41,304 nt of DNA, taken from the IMG/VR virus record IMGVR_UViG_3300020045_002291, positions 1 through 41,304 of that record; one strand, given 5' to 3'. The stretch comes from a virus. Taxonomy: Duplodnaviria > Caudoviricetes. A model generated the notes under the pieces. It was not told where the DNA came from. It searched no databases and saw only the letters and a program-made list of their open reading frames with translations. This document shows, one piece after another, positions 1 to 7,736 of the stretch; position 1 is the first letter of the stretch, and every line of letters starts with the position of its first letter. The translations under genes and the position numbers were made by a program.

Positions 1-121
1 GCGTAGCCTAATCCTGAAAAGGCGCATCAATGAAAGACGAAACCGTAAGCAACGTGCTGGAAGCAGCCGCGAGCAACCCGAAAGTAGCGGGGGCGGTAGC
101 GGTCTCCCTTAATGCGATGGG
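1..121. repeat. Terminal direct repeat, copy 1 (circular assembly overlap)
   Basis: 1-121 is identical to 41184-41304. Confidence 0.95.
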
Positions 122-275
122 AGTCGCTTCTTTGCTGAGTTCTCTGCAAACTATTTTGGGCATCGTGTCGCTCGCCATAGGCTGCGGCATTGGCATTTAC
201 GCTCTCAAGTGCAACGTGACCAAAAACAAAATCTACGAGCGTATGCTAGCCAACGGCGAGAGCCTCAAGGAGTGA
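30..275 (+). CDS. Putative holin (small membrane protein)
   Basis: 81 aa with two hydrophobic segments and a basic/charged C-terminus, immediately upstream of the endolysin. Confidence 0.5.
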   Translation: MKDETVSNVLEAAASNPKVAGAVAVSLNAMGVASLLSSLQTILGIVSLAIGCGIGIYALKCNVTKNKIYERMLANGESLKE

Positions 276-278
276 TCC

Positions 279-815
279 ATGAAAATCATCGATGACCTGA
301 TCACGCGCGAGGGCGGCTACAGCGACCACGCAGCGGACAAGGGCGGCAAGACCATGTACGGCATCACCGAGGCCGTGGCGCGGGCTTCTGGCTACGCTGG
401 CGACATGCGCGACCTGCCGCGTGAATTTGCCGTCGCGGTCTATACCCGAACCTACATCAAGCAGCCCGGGTTCGAGCCGGTCATCGCCATGCACGCGGCA
501 CTGGCCGAAGAACTGATCGACACCGCTGTCAACATGGGGCCAGCCGTTCCCGGCCCATGGCTGCAACGCCTGCTGAATGCGCTCAACCAGCGCGGTGCGG
601 CGTGGCCGGATCTGGTAGTTGATGGGCAGGTTGGTCCGGCTACACTGGCGGCGCTGGCGGCGCTACTCAAGAAGCGCGGTGAGATGGGCGCTACAGTGCT
701 ACTGCGCGGCCTCAATGCGCTGCAAGCCGTGCGCTACCTGGAAATCACCGAGGCCCGAGAGGCCAACGAAGATTTTTTCTTTGGCTGGATGGCTAACCGT
801 GTTGAGGTGAAATGA
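279..815 (+). CDS. Endolysin, glycoside hydrolase family 108 with C-terminal peptidoglycan-binding domain
   Basis: EGGY..H..DKGG.T.YGIT catalytic motif, DTAVNMG, VDGQVGPATL, F..GW..NRV end; AGGAG RBS. Confidence 0.92.
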   Translation: MKIIDDLITREGGYSDHAADKGGKTMYGITEAVARASGYAGDMRDLPREFAVAVYTRTYIKQPGFEPVIAMHAALAEELIDTAVNMGPAVPGPWLQRLLNALNQRGAAWPDLVVDGQVGPATLAALAALLKKRGEMGATVLLRGLNALQAVRYLEITEAREANEDFFFGWMANRVEVK

Positions 816-1225
816 TGTGGCCTGCTCTTATCCCATTGATCGGCAACTTGCTGGACAAGTTTTTCCCGAACCCGGCCGAAGCAGCCGATGCGAAACTCAA
901 GCTGATGCAGATGGCGCAGAATGGCGAACTCGCGCAACTCAACGCCGATTTACAACTGGCGTCTGGGCAGTTGGAAGTGAACAAGATCGAGGCCGCAAGC
1001 AACAGCATATTCGTCGCTGGGTGGCGTCCATTCATCGGCTGGACCTGTGGCGCGGCCTTCGCGTTTAAATTCGTTGGCGGCCCTATGGCGGTCGTCCTGA
1101 TGGCGATGGCAGGGCACCCTATCACGCTTCCAGAATTTGACTTCACCGAAATGAGCACGATCCTTCTAGGGATGCTGGGCCTTGGCGGACTGCGAACGGT
1201 AGAAAAGATAAAGAAGGTGGCGTAA
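812..1225 (+). CDS. 3-TM holin family (GTA-type) protein
   Basis: IG.LLDKFFPNP, S.FVAGWRPFIGW.CG and LLGMLGLGGLRTVEK motifs; ATGA overlap with the endolysin. Confidence 0.8.
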   Translation: MMWPALIPLIGNLLDKFFPNPAEAADAKLKLMQMAQNGELAQLNADLQLASGQLEVNKIEAASNSIFVAGWRPFIGWTCGAAFAFKFVGGPMAVVLMAMAGHPITLPEFDFTEMSTILLGMLGLGGLRTVEKIKKVA

Positions 1226-1253
1226 AAAAAGCCCGGTTCGTAGCCGGGCTTTT
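1224..1253. terminator. Bidirectional intrinsic terminator
   Basis: A7-GCCCGG-loop-CCGGGC-T4 between convergent genes. Confidence 0.85.
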
Positions 1254-1633
1254 GCTTTACTGCTGGCAGGTTACAGCATAACGTCGTTGACGATTTCCCA
1301 GTCATCTGCCAGTACATCACCGATGCTCGGTACCCAGGTGCTTACCGTTTCATCTGCGCCCTTGATAGCGATATAGGCGTTGTACGGAACCATTGCATCC
1401 GCTCCGAAATAAGATTTCGCAGCAGGCGTCTGGACTGGGTAGGAATTTTCTGGCACCAGGTAAATAAACAGGCCTTTGCCATTCCAGCCGGAACGTTGCA
1501 AGCGAAATCCATTTTTTAACGAAATCAGTGCATCGCTGAAATCGCCGCGAATATTGTTGTTTTCCATATTTTCCTTTCAATGATGCCGCTCGACCGGAGC
1601 GGCTACGGTTACTGTTTTACTGCTGGCAGGTTA
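1253..1633. repeat. Direct repeat pair flanking the DUF2829 gene (1253-1273 and 1613-1633)
   Basis: TGYTTTACTGCTGGCAGGTTA, 20/21 identical with an 18-bp perfect core. Confidence 0.85.
1271..1567 (-). CDS. DUF2829 / Tad2-like (Thoeris anti-defence sponge family) protein
   Basis: F.DAL..LK.G....R.GWNGKG..I ... Y...K.A....W.PS..D.LA.DW motif; AAGGAA RBS. Confidence 0.8.
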   Translation of the reverse strand: MENNNIRGDFSDALISLKNGFRLQRSGWNGKGLFIYLVPENSYPVQTPAAKSYFGADAMVPYNAYIAIKGADETVSTWVPSIGDVLADDWEIVNDVML

Positions 1634-1816
1634 GCTGCCCTTTACGGCAGCGGCCATGCATCCGGGGCAGGCTACCAAGTAGCCGCGATTTTCTGCGTTC
1701 CCAATCGCATGAGCAAGGTCAAGGAACGCCCATTCATAACCCGAAAGACGACGACCGCAGTACGAATAGCCGGTATCTCCGTTATGTACGCATTTTACGT
1801 AATCGGGCCGGTTCAT
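1631..1816 (-). CDS. Small Cys-rich hypothetical protein
   Basis: 61 aa with C/H residues and CPGC; ATGA-coupled to the upstream gene. Confidence 0.7.
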   Translation of the reverse strand: MNRPDYVKCVHNGDTGYSYCGRRLSGYEWAFLDLAHAIGNAENRGYLVACPGCMAAAVKGS

Positions 1817-3501
1817 TGTGAGCCTTTCCCGGCAGCGGCCAGCACGGCGCGAGCGGCATCAATGGCAAGACGAAGTGTAACGCCGGTCCCACGTATATTG
1901 CGTTCCCTGTCGTAGATGCCAAACCACTGACCATCGCTATTTGACCAGCGCAATGCATGTAGGTGGTCTTGCGACTCCAGCCAATCCAGTCGCGCCGAAT
2001 CGGTAGCTTCATCATCGCTCAGCACGGCAAGCGCTGGCTGCGGGCGCGTGTAGAGCGTGCGGGTTTCGTACGGGCCGCCGCCGTCCTCGTTGTCCGGGTG
2101 GCCGTCATACCACTGGCAAGTACCGCGCTTGCGCCACTGCGGCACTGCATCCGGTACGCTGGCGACCTCTGGCGCGGCCTGGGTGGGCAGTTTGTCCGCG
2201 TATTCGATGATCGAAGACCGCAGCCACTCCACGCCGCGATTGAAGCCGTTTGCGTAGGCGGTAGCAGTCCCTTGAGTATGCGTCCAAGGCAATACCTGAA
2301 TATTCGAGAGAAAAACAGCCTCAATCAGTTCTGTGCCGTTGCTTGACGAAACACGAGCCTTTACTTGAGCCATCATGGCCTTCGCCACGGATACAGGTTC
2401 TTCCAGTGGCACGCCGTTGCGGATGGCCGAGAGCAGTGCGGCATCGCGCCCGATATCCGGCTGCTTTTTCCCCATCAAGCGCAAACTATGCGCACCTGCT
2501 TCCATTGCGCGACGGGCGCTTTTTGATTCAACTTTCTTAGCCTGCGCTTCCAGTTCTAATGCCCTGCCTAGCCAATCTAGGCCGCCCTGCACGCTGGCGG
2601 CGTTCTTTGCGGCGCGCTCCATTTCGTCGGCAAGTTGCATCAAGTGCATACCGTTGTAGTGATCCTCGCCACCTGAAGGGCGTGGGTTTTGTGCCAGATA
2701 GCGAAGTGCTGCGGGGATAGTCCTGTCGCAGCCATTGGGCCATTTGAAACCTGACTGCGCCGGTACGCTGGCGGCGCGCTGGGCGAGGTCCGCACGCCGT
2801 TTGCGCTCAAGCTCAATCTCGGTGCGCGTACCGTACACGCTCATAGTCAGCGGCGGCAAATCGTCAGCCGGGGCGGCGCGCTGGGCGAATCTAGCGCCAG
2901 CGGCAAATGCGTCCCGCTCAACTTGCAATTGTCGTTGCTTATAGGTTCCATCAGGCCATTTTACAAAAGTAGATTGATCCGGTTCCCAGTTGCCAAAATC
3001 AGTCACGGCCCACGCTTCAAATGCTGCTGTCTCATCCTGCGGCAACTCCCCGCCGCCATGTTGCGCCCGCACTATCCCTAGGCGATTTTTAATCTCGTTT
3101 GGTGCGTACACCAGCAAATGCTCCCACAATTGGGGCGCTGTGGCGACTTCTGGAAAACTCGCCGCGACCTCGATAAAATCCCAAAGAATTTTCTCCATTG
3201 TATTTTTGTTGGTGACAAACGAAAGCGGATCCCCGCCGCCCTGCTGCGCGCCAGTCCAAGCGCGTTCACAATACAGGCGCAATTCCTTTGCCGCTTCCTT
3301 TGGATCGCGCCCACCTTCCAGCCAGTTAATCACGCACGACAACTCTGATGCTGTGACCGATACGGCGTCTGCTGTAGCAGCGCTTGCTAACTCAAGAACG
3401 CGCCCTTGCCAGCCGCAAACGTTGACCATGCGTTCCATTTGCTCTTGGTCAGTCTCGTACCAAGCGAATCGGTCATCTTGGCGAATCTGGAATACTTTCA
3501 T
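1813..3501 (-). CDS. Mosaic Ead/Ea22-like early protein
   Basis: 562 aa; modules such as AFEAWA, YETRTLYT.PQP, D.ARLDWLE, LR.AIDAAR joined by Ala-rich linkers. Confidence 0.7.
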   Translation of the reverse strand: MKVFQIRQDDRFAWYETDQEQMERMVNVCGWQGRVLELASAATADAVSVTASELSCVINWLEGGRDPKEAAKELRLYCERAWTGAQQGGGDPLSFVTNKNTMEKILWDFIEVAASFPEVATAPQLWEHLLVYAPNEIKNRLGIVRAQHGGGELPQDETAAFEAWAVTDFGNWEPDQSTFVKWPDGTYKQRQLQVERDAFAAGARFAQRAAPADDLPPLTMSVYGTRTEIELERKRRADLAQRAASVPAQSGFKWPNGCDRTIPAALRYLAQNPRPSGGEDHYNGMHLMQLADEMERAAKNAASVQGGLDWLGRALELEAQAKKVESKSARRAMEAGAHSLRLMGKKQPDIGRDAALLSAIRNGVPLEEPVSVAKAMMAQVKARVSSSNGTELIEAVFLSNIQVLPWTHTQGTATAYANGFNRGVEWLRSSIIEYADKLPTQAAPEVASVPDAVPQWRKRGTCQWYDGHPDNEDGGGPYETRTLYTRPQPALAVLSDDEATDSARLDWLESQDHLHALRWSNSDGQWFGIYDRERNIRGTGVTLRLAIDAARAVLAAAGKGSQ

Positions 3502-3734
3502 TTCGGCTGCTCCTTAATTGTGATTTCTGCTGCTGGTATGAGGTCAGGATTTCCGCGCAAGTACACGTAGGTTTGAAGGCCGCTGCCGACTTCCTTGTCT
3601 ACGCGGTGGAATTCCTGTATGAACTCGTTTTGGCCCTGATAGAGCACTGGCAAGCCAAGCTCCTGCACATTCATCAAGGCTCGGGCGTGCTTGTACTCTA
3701 TCTCTGCTGGGTTTGGTGGTGGGGTATGGGCCAT
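3498..3734 (-). CDS. Hypothetical protein
   Basis: 78-aa ORF coupled within the leftward operon. Confidence 0.6.
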   Translation of the reverse strand: MAHTPPPNPAEIEYKHARALMNVQELGLPVLYQGQNEFIQEFHRVDKEVGSGLQTYVYLRGNPDLIPAAEITIKEQPK

Positions 3735-3744
3735 GCTTGAAGCG

Positions 3745-4152
3745 TCAGGTATTATCGCTTTCCAGCATAAAATCTACGCTCTCGCTGTAGTATCCATTGC
3801 TGCTACCAAACCAGCGGATATCCACATAACCCTTGATGGTTGCCAGCTTGTAGAAAGTCCAGGTAAAGCTGTCGTCGTACTCGCTGACTTCCTGACCCGG
3901 TTGAGCATCACAACTTGTAACCTCATCTGCTTTCAAGATGGGGTTGCCGATCAGGTCTTGCAGGTCGCCCACGATGGACTCAATGCTGACGCCTTCGCAG
4001 CAATCCTGTTCGTGATACATCAGGTAGACTTGGCCTTGATCGGTAGTAAAGCGGATTTCATCTTGTGCTTCGTTGACAACGACAGCCGCCAAGGTGAGGC
4101 CAAGCAACTTAGAAAACTCGGTGCGTCCGTTCCATCGGGTATAACTTGCCAT
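3745..4152 (-). CDS. Conserved acidic phage protein (HEQDCCE family)
   Basis: MYHEQDCCE.V, TWTFYKLAT.KGYVDIRWFG.SNGYYSE motifs; ATG 4152 with AGGAG RBS. Confidence 0.8.
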   Translation of the reverse strand: MASYTRWNGRTEFSKLLGLTLAAVVVNEAQDEIRFTTDQGQVYLMYHEQDCCEGVSIESIVGDLQDLIGNPILKADEVTSCDAQPGQEVSEYDDSFTWTFYKLATIKGYVDIRWFGSSNGYYSESVDFMLESDNT

Positions 4153-4199
4153 ATTTACTCTCCTTTTTTTTGCCGGGCACATCGCGCAGCCATGAAAGA

Positions 4200-4228
4200 A
4201 CTATGCCACGCAGATTTAAAAAACGCAA
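4200..4228 (-). promoter_or_regulatory. Sigma70-like early promoter
   Basis: TTGCGT-N17-CATAGT, nearly identical to the promoter at 21681-21709. Confidence 0.75.
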
Positions 4229-4229
4229 T

Positions 4230-4505
4230 CTATTCCGAGAAAATAACTCCAATCTCCGCGCCGATCCATTGCAGGTACTCAAGCATGTTGTTCATACGCG
4301 ACGAATCCATTTGAGAGGTGGATTCGGGGCCGTGTGGAATTGGGATTGCCTGCCCCTCGCACTCGGCAAGGAAGCAGGCAAATAGAGTGCAATGAATGGC
4401 CTTCCACTCTGCGGCAGTAAGGCGCACGCCCTCGTGTGACCAAGAGCGTGCGAAGTCGCCCAGCAGCGCGTGCATGGCGCGGTTCTGGGCGTGGCTTCTT
4501 ATCAT
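4230..4505 (-). CDS. ninB: NinB/Orf-like recombination protein (short)
   Basis: RS.AQN..MHA.L.D.A, W.G..L...EWK, STS.M....M...LEYL...GAE.GV motifs. Confidence 0.7.
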   Translation of the reverse strand: MIRSHAQNRAMHALLGDFARSWSHEGVRLTAAEWKAIHCTLFACFLAECEGQAIPIPHGPESTSQMDSSRMNNMLEYLQWIGAEIGVIFSE

Positions 4506-5260
4506 GCGCGCAAGGTGGCTTCGTAGCTCTTTACAAGCGCTTCAAAAGCCGCAAGCTGCACCGCCATCTTGTCTATAAATTCCTCGTCACGATGGATCCG
4601 CTTCACATACAAATCCTTGCCGACACTGGCCAGCATTGGCGCGTACATGAGGAAGTCGCACCACTTGCGACCTGTCAGCCACATGCCGCCTTGAATCTGG
4701 TGAATGTACTCGCTCACGTCGCCAGTGCGCCACATTGCCATGATCTTGATGCTGTCAATTGGAGCCTTAACTTCAATCAGCCCATCACCATCAACCAAGC
4801 CATCAGAACTGTACGCGAATACGCCATCGTCATCGACGCATAGGCCGGATTCAGTAACGAATGCCTGGGTGCGTGCCTCGTAGTGCATACGCGCCAGCGC
4901 TTCCATTTCGTGACCACGTTCAAGAACCCATGCTTTTGCTGGCTCTTGAAACGGTGCGCCATTGATTCGCTCAAAAGCCAAGTCGGCGGCATACCGCTTT
5001 GCCGTGTCGGATGGTTCAACGGTCAATTCGCCACGCAATGCGCGCTTCACCGCATCCGATGTTGGCGCGGCCTTGTATCCAGCTTGCGACACTGCTTCCT
5101 TTTCGGCGATGCCAGCCAGCACAAGATCGACATATTTCTGCTGGCGCTCATCCAAGCCGCCAATGGTGCTAATAGCATCTGCATAGCAGGAGGCGGTAAT
5201 GAGGCCACTCCGCGCTTGCAGCCACTCACTGCTGCCTTGCAGGCACTCAAGGAACCTCAT
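4502..5260 (-). CDS. YqaJ/lambda-exonuclease family nuclease
   Basis: QGS.EWL..R.G.ITAS, ERGHE.E..AR..Y, S.DGLV...GLIE.K.P, Y..Q.QG.MW.TGR.WCDF. Confidence 0.92.
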   Translation of the reverse strand: MRFLECLQGSSEWLQARSGLITASCYADAISTIGGLDERQQKYVDLVLAGIAEKEAVSQAGYKAAPTSDAVKRALRGELTVEPSDTAKRYAADLAFERINGAPFQEPAKAWVLERGHEMEALARMHYEARTQAFVTESGLCVDDDGVFAYSSDGLVDGDGLIEVKAPIDSIKIMAMWRTGDVSEYIHQIQGGMWLTGRKWCDFLMYAPMLASVGKDLYVKRIHRDEEFIDKMAVQLAAFEALVKSYEATLRA

Positions 5261-6243
5261 TGTGCACCTCGTTGCAAGTCTTTTTCTTCGTCGGACACTT
5301 CGGGCATTTGCTGCTCAATAACTTCCGGCTGCTTGAGCGCTTCAACCATGCGCGCACGATGGCCGGCAATAGCATCCTTGAGGCGCTTATGGGCTGCTGG
5401 GTCGCCAATCAGCGAGGCGTTGTGTTCGCGCCAGAACGCCAGTGCTTCGGCGTCAGTAGAGGTCTGTAATGCGGCAGCGATCAGCGGCGCTGGATCCAGT
5501 GCGCTCGGCCTTTCGTTGATGTCGGCCAGTCCTTCACCGCCTTCCGTGTTGAGGTGGTGAATTGCATTTTCCAAGCGCTCAGTCTTGGGCCAGTATTTAT
5601 AGGCTTGCTTGACGCAGGTTTTCTTGATCATCTCCATCTCATCGCTTTGCCATGGGCCACCTGATTTGGTTTTTCCAGCAACGTATGCTTTCCATGACTC
5701 GGATCGATTACGGATGGCCAATACATCTTCATAGGCCATGGTATGCGTGAGATAGTCGCCGTCAGCAGTCTTGACCACCACGTACACGCCGACGATTGCG
5801 CCACGATCCTTGGAAAATGGATTAAACGTGTGGCTGGGAGGCTGATCGAAGCGACCGCGTGCAAATCCATCAGTTTCTCTAACAATCTCGGCCTGCGCCC
5901 ATTTGATCGATCCTGTGGCCATTGCAAGATCCATCAGGCCCATGTAGCTGATATCCAGGCAGATGGCAGGCGGCTTGTCACGACCCGCACTACGCGGCAC
6001 CAGATAGGCCTGCTTCTTGGCTGGGTTCAGGCTGATGCCGATAGCCGCGATGTTCTTCACCGCGTTGATGACTGATTGACGGTTGCCAGTAGCGATCTTG
6101 AGCGCGTAATCGTTGTTGCCCAGCACTTGAATTGCAAAGCCAGCCTCTTGCTCAAACTTAATCGAGCGGTCAGCAAGCAGCGTTTGAAACTCATCTTTGG
6201 TGGCGTTGATGTCGCCAGTGATAAGGGTTAGTGCATGACTCAT
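5257..6243 (-). CDS. recT: RecT-family single-strand annealing protein
   Basis: G.SLNP....AYLVP, ISYMGL..LA, G.IVGVY, GPW..D..EM.KKT; paired with the YqaJ nuclease. Confidence 0.9.
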   Translation of the reverse strand: MSHALTLITGDINATKDEFQTLLADRSIKFEQEAGFAIQVLGNNDYALKIATGNRQSVINAVKNIAAIGISLNPAKKQAYLVPRSAGRDKPPAICLDISYMGLMDLAMATGSIKWAQAEIVRETDGFARGRFDQPPSHTFNPFSKDRGAIVGVYVVVKTADGDYLTHTMAYEDVLAIRNRSESWKAYVAGKTKSGGPWQSDEMEMIKKTCVKQAYKYWPKTERLENAIHHLNTEGGEGLADINERPSALDPAPLIAAALQTSTDAEALAFWREHNASLIGDPAAHKRLKDAIAGHRARMVEALKQPEVIEQQMPEVSDEEKDLQRGAQ

Positions 6244-6502
6244 TGTTTTCTCCTAGTGTATTTTCTATATTCCATCCAAACGCCCCCTAACCCCACAGAG
6301 GGCAAGAGAGAGAATGGACGCCATCCCTGATAAACAGGATCACTGTCAGCTATCGACTAAACGATACGCCCTCGGCTACAGTGTTCACGCCAGCCGGTGG
6401 ATTGTAGGAGTTGCACCTTGCGCGATGCTTTGCGCTACCACTCCTCTGTTATTCCACGCTGCCGAGGTTTGCACTTGCTATCGTATGGAGTACGCCAGAC
6501 GC

Positions 6503-6623
6503 AAAAAAGCCGCATTGGTCTGGGTTCTGGTGAGAGAGAAATTACAATCCGGGCAGACTGCGTTTCTCAGAACCCAAGCCAATGCGGCCTGTACCCTGTA
6601 ATCATACTTTGGCTCTCACACCA
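6503..6623 (-). ncRNA. c4/CI-like antisense-attenuator RNA element upstream of recT
   Basis: Long hairpin GCCGCATTGG..TGGGTTCTG / CAGAACCCA..CCAATGCGGC followed by T6; loop segments TGTAAT and CTCTCAC are complementary to upstream ATTACA and GTGAGAG. Confidence 0.5.
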
Positions 6624-6783
6624 TTAAGCGTACGATACCACAGAACAATGTAACCTAGCAAATGTAGGGAGGGGATTCTCACCCCATTTGCTTTTAGGCG
6701 GCATCGCCGTATGAGCGAAAGGCTTCGCTACATCCCTCGTTCTGACCAATCGAGTCTTGGGCATGTGCGCCGTACATGCTGGC

Positions 6784-6904
6784 GTGTGGCGGCTGGTTCT
6801 GATCCTCAGCATTGGGGGCCTTATCCGCCTTATCCCATCCTTACTACCCAGCGTTTGGAACCCTGGTTGACAAGCAAGCGCATCAGCTGCGCATTCACCA
6901 CACA
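6784..6904 (-). ncRNA. Structured RNA with predicted kissing loops (possibly sRNA-Xcc1-like; unverified)
   Basis: GTGTGGTG...CGCCACAC closing stem; hairpin GCGC-AGCTGAT-GCGC and a 3' hairpin with ATCAG complementary to CTGAT. Confidence 0.5.
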
Positions 6905-6939
6905 TCATCGGGCTGGGCTTGATTCCATCTATCTGTGCA

Positions 6940-7035
6940 TGGTCATCGCTATGGGAATCGAACCCACTTTGCTACCAGCTTGCGATTACACAGAACTCCG
7001 ACCAAAGAGCGCACGTCCTTCCGTGCTGCCGATGA
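6940..7035 (-). pseudogene. Degenerate tRNA / tRNA-like element
   Basis: D-arm GCAC-GGAAGGAC-GTGC, T-arm GTGGG-TTCGATT-CCCAT, TCATCG/CGATGA acceptor and CCA end; anticodon arm non-canonical. Confidence 0.55.
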
Positions 7036-7096
7036 TGTGTGGCGACTGGTTAAGCCAGTCAGGCTATGCACGGTGTTACACCATTGACCGTACAGC

Positions 7097-7294
7097 TTAT
7101 GACGTTGCAACTTCGACCGCGAGCCACACGACCCAACCACCAAGGATCATGCAGGCAAGTAAGAAAGGTACCTGACCGCCGAGACCTTCACTACCAGTCC
7201 GCGCCATGTATTCGGCTCTTGTTTCATCGTTGCGCCATGTTTCTAGTTTAGCGCGGATTGGTGCTGATTGGATAGTGCTGTTGTTTTTACGCAT
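7097..7294 (-). CDS. Small membrane protein
   Basis: TGATG coupling to the upstream gene; C-terminal hydrophobic segment. Confidence 0.55.
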   Translation of the reverse strand: MRKNNSTIQSAPIRAKLETWRNDETRAEYMARTGSEGLGGQVPFLLACMILGGWVVWLAVEVATS

Positions 7295-7596
7295 CAAAGC
7301 CCCCGAGTGTGCAGCGCCATCGCATCGTTGTCATCCTGCCGAGCGCGCAGCTTCTTGCTCAGTGCTTTGCGGTCGCAGATGCTTGTGATTTCCATCGCTG
7401 GGGCATATGACAGCGTAATGCTTCCGCCGACGCTCACCAACTCCAAGCCTTCATCAGCGTATGCCAACTGTACTGCATCGCCCTCAACCATGACCGTAAT
7501 CACTGCTGGCCTAACCTGCGAAAGCGTGACTTCCGTCATGCCGTTGATGCTTACTGATACTGAGAGGTCGTCAACCTCTAATGCTGTTCCGATCAT
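7294..7596 (-). CDS. Hypothetical protein, first gene of leftward operon
   Basis: 100 aa; strong AAGGAGG RBS just downstream of the promoter. Confidence 0.75.
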   Translation of the reverse strand: MIGTALEVDDLSVSVSINGMTEVTLSQVRPAVITVMVEGDAVQLAYADEGLELVSVGGSITLSYAPAMEITSICDRKALSKKLRARQDDNDAMALHTRGL

Positions 7597-7622
7597 GTTG
7601 TTTCCTCCTTGTTGATGAACGA

Positions 7623-7651
7623 ACTATGCCATACAAAAAACACCAGCGCAA
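7623..7651 (-). promoter_or_regulatory. Leftward early promoter (hub 1)
   Basis: TTGCGC-N17-CATAGT. Confidence 0.7.
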
Positions 7652-7674
7652 CAGAGTTCGCAAAATAAATACAT

Positions 7675-7703
7675 TTGACGCGCAACACCTATTGGCGCAT
7701 AAT
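7675..7703 (+). promoter_or_regulatory. Rightward early promoter (hub 1)
   Basis: TTGACG-N17-CATAAT. Confidence 0.75.
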
Positions 7704-7736
7704 TGTTGCAGTACCCAAACAACACAAGGAAGGCAT

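Noticed and set aside
1-121. 121-bp repeat as a physical terminal repeat of the virion DNA
   Set aside because: It falls inside coding sequence at an arbitrary point and its length fits an assembler k-mer overlap; treated as a circularity signal only.
6314-7175. Several 60-150-aa ORFs in the recT upstream region
   Set aside because: No RBS, coupling or motifs; dense base-pairing favours non-coding RNA.
7581-7736. N-terminal extension of the HTH ORF
   Set aside because: It runs through the divergent promoter hub; ATG 7737 has the RBS.
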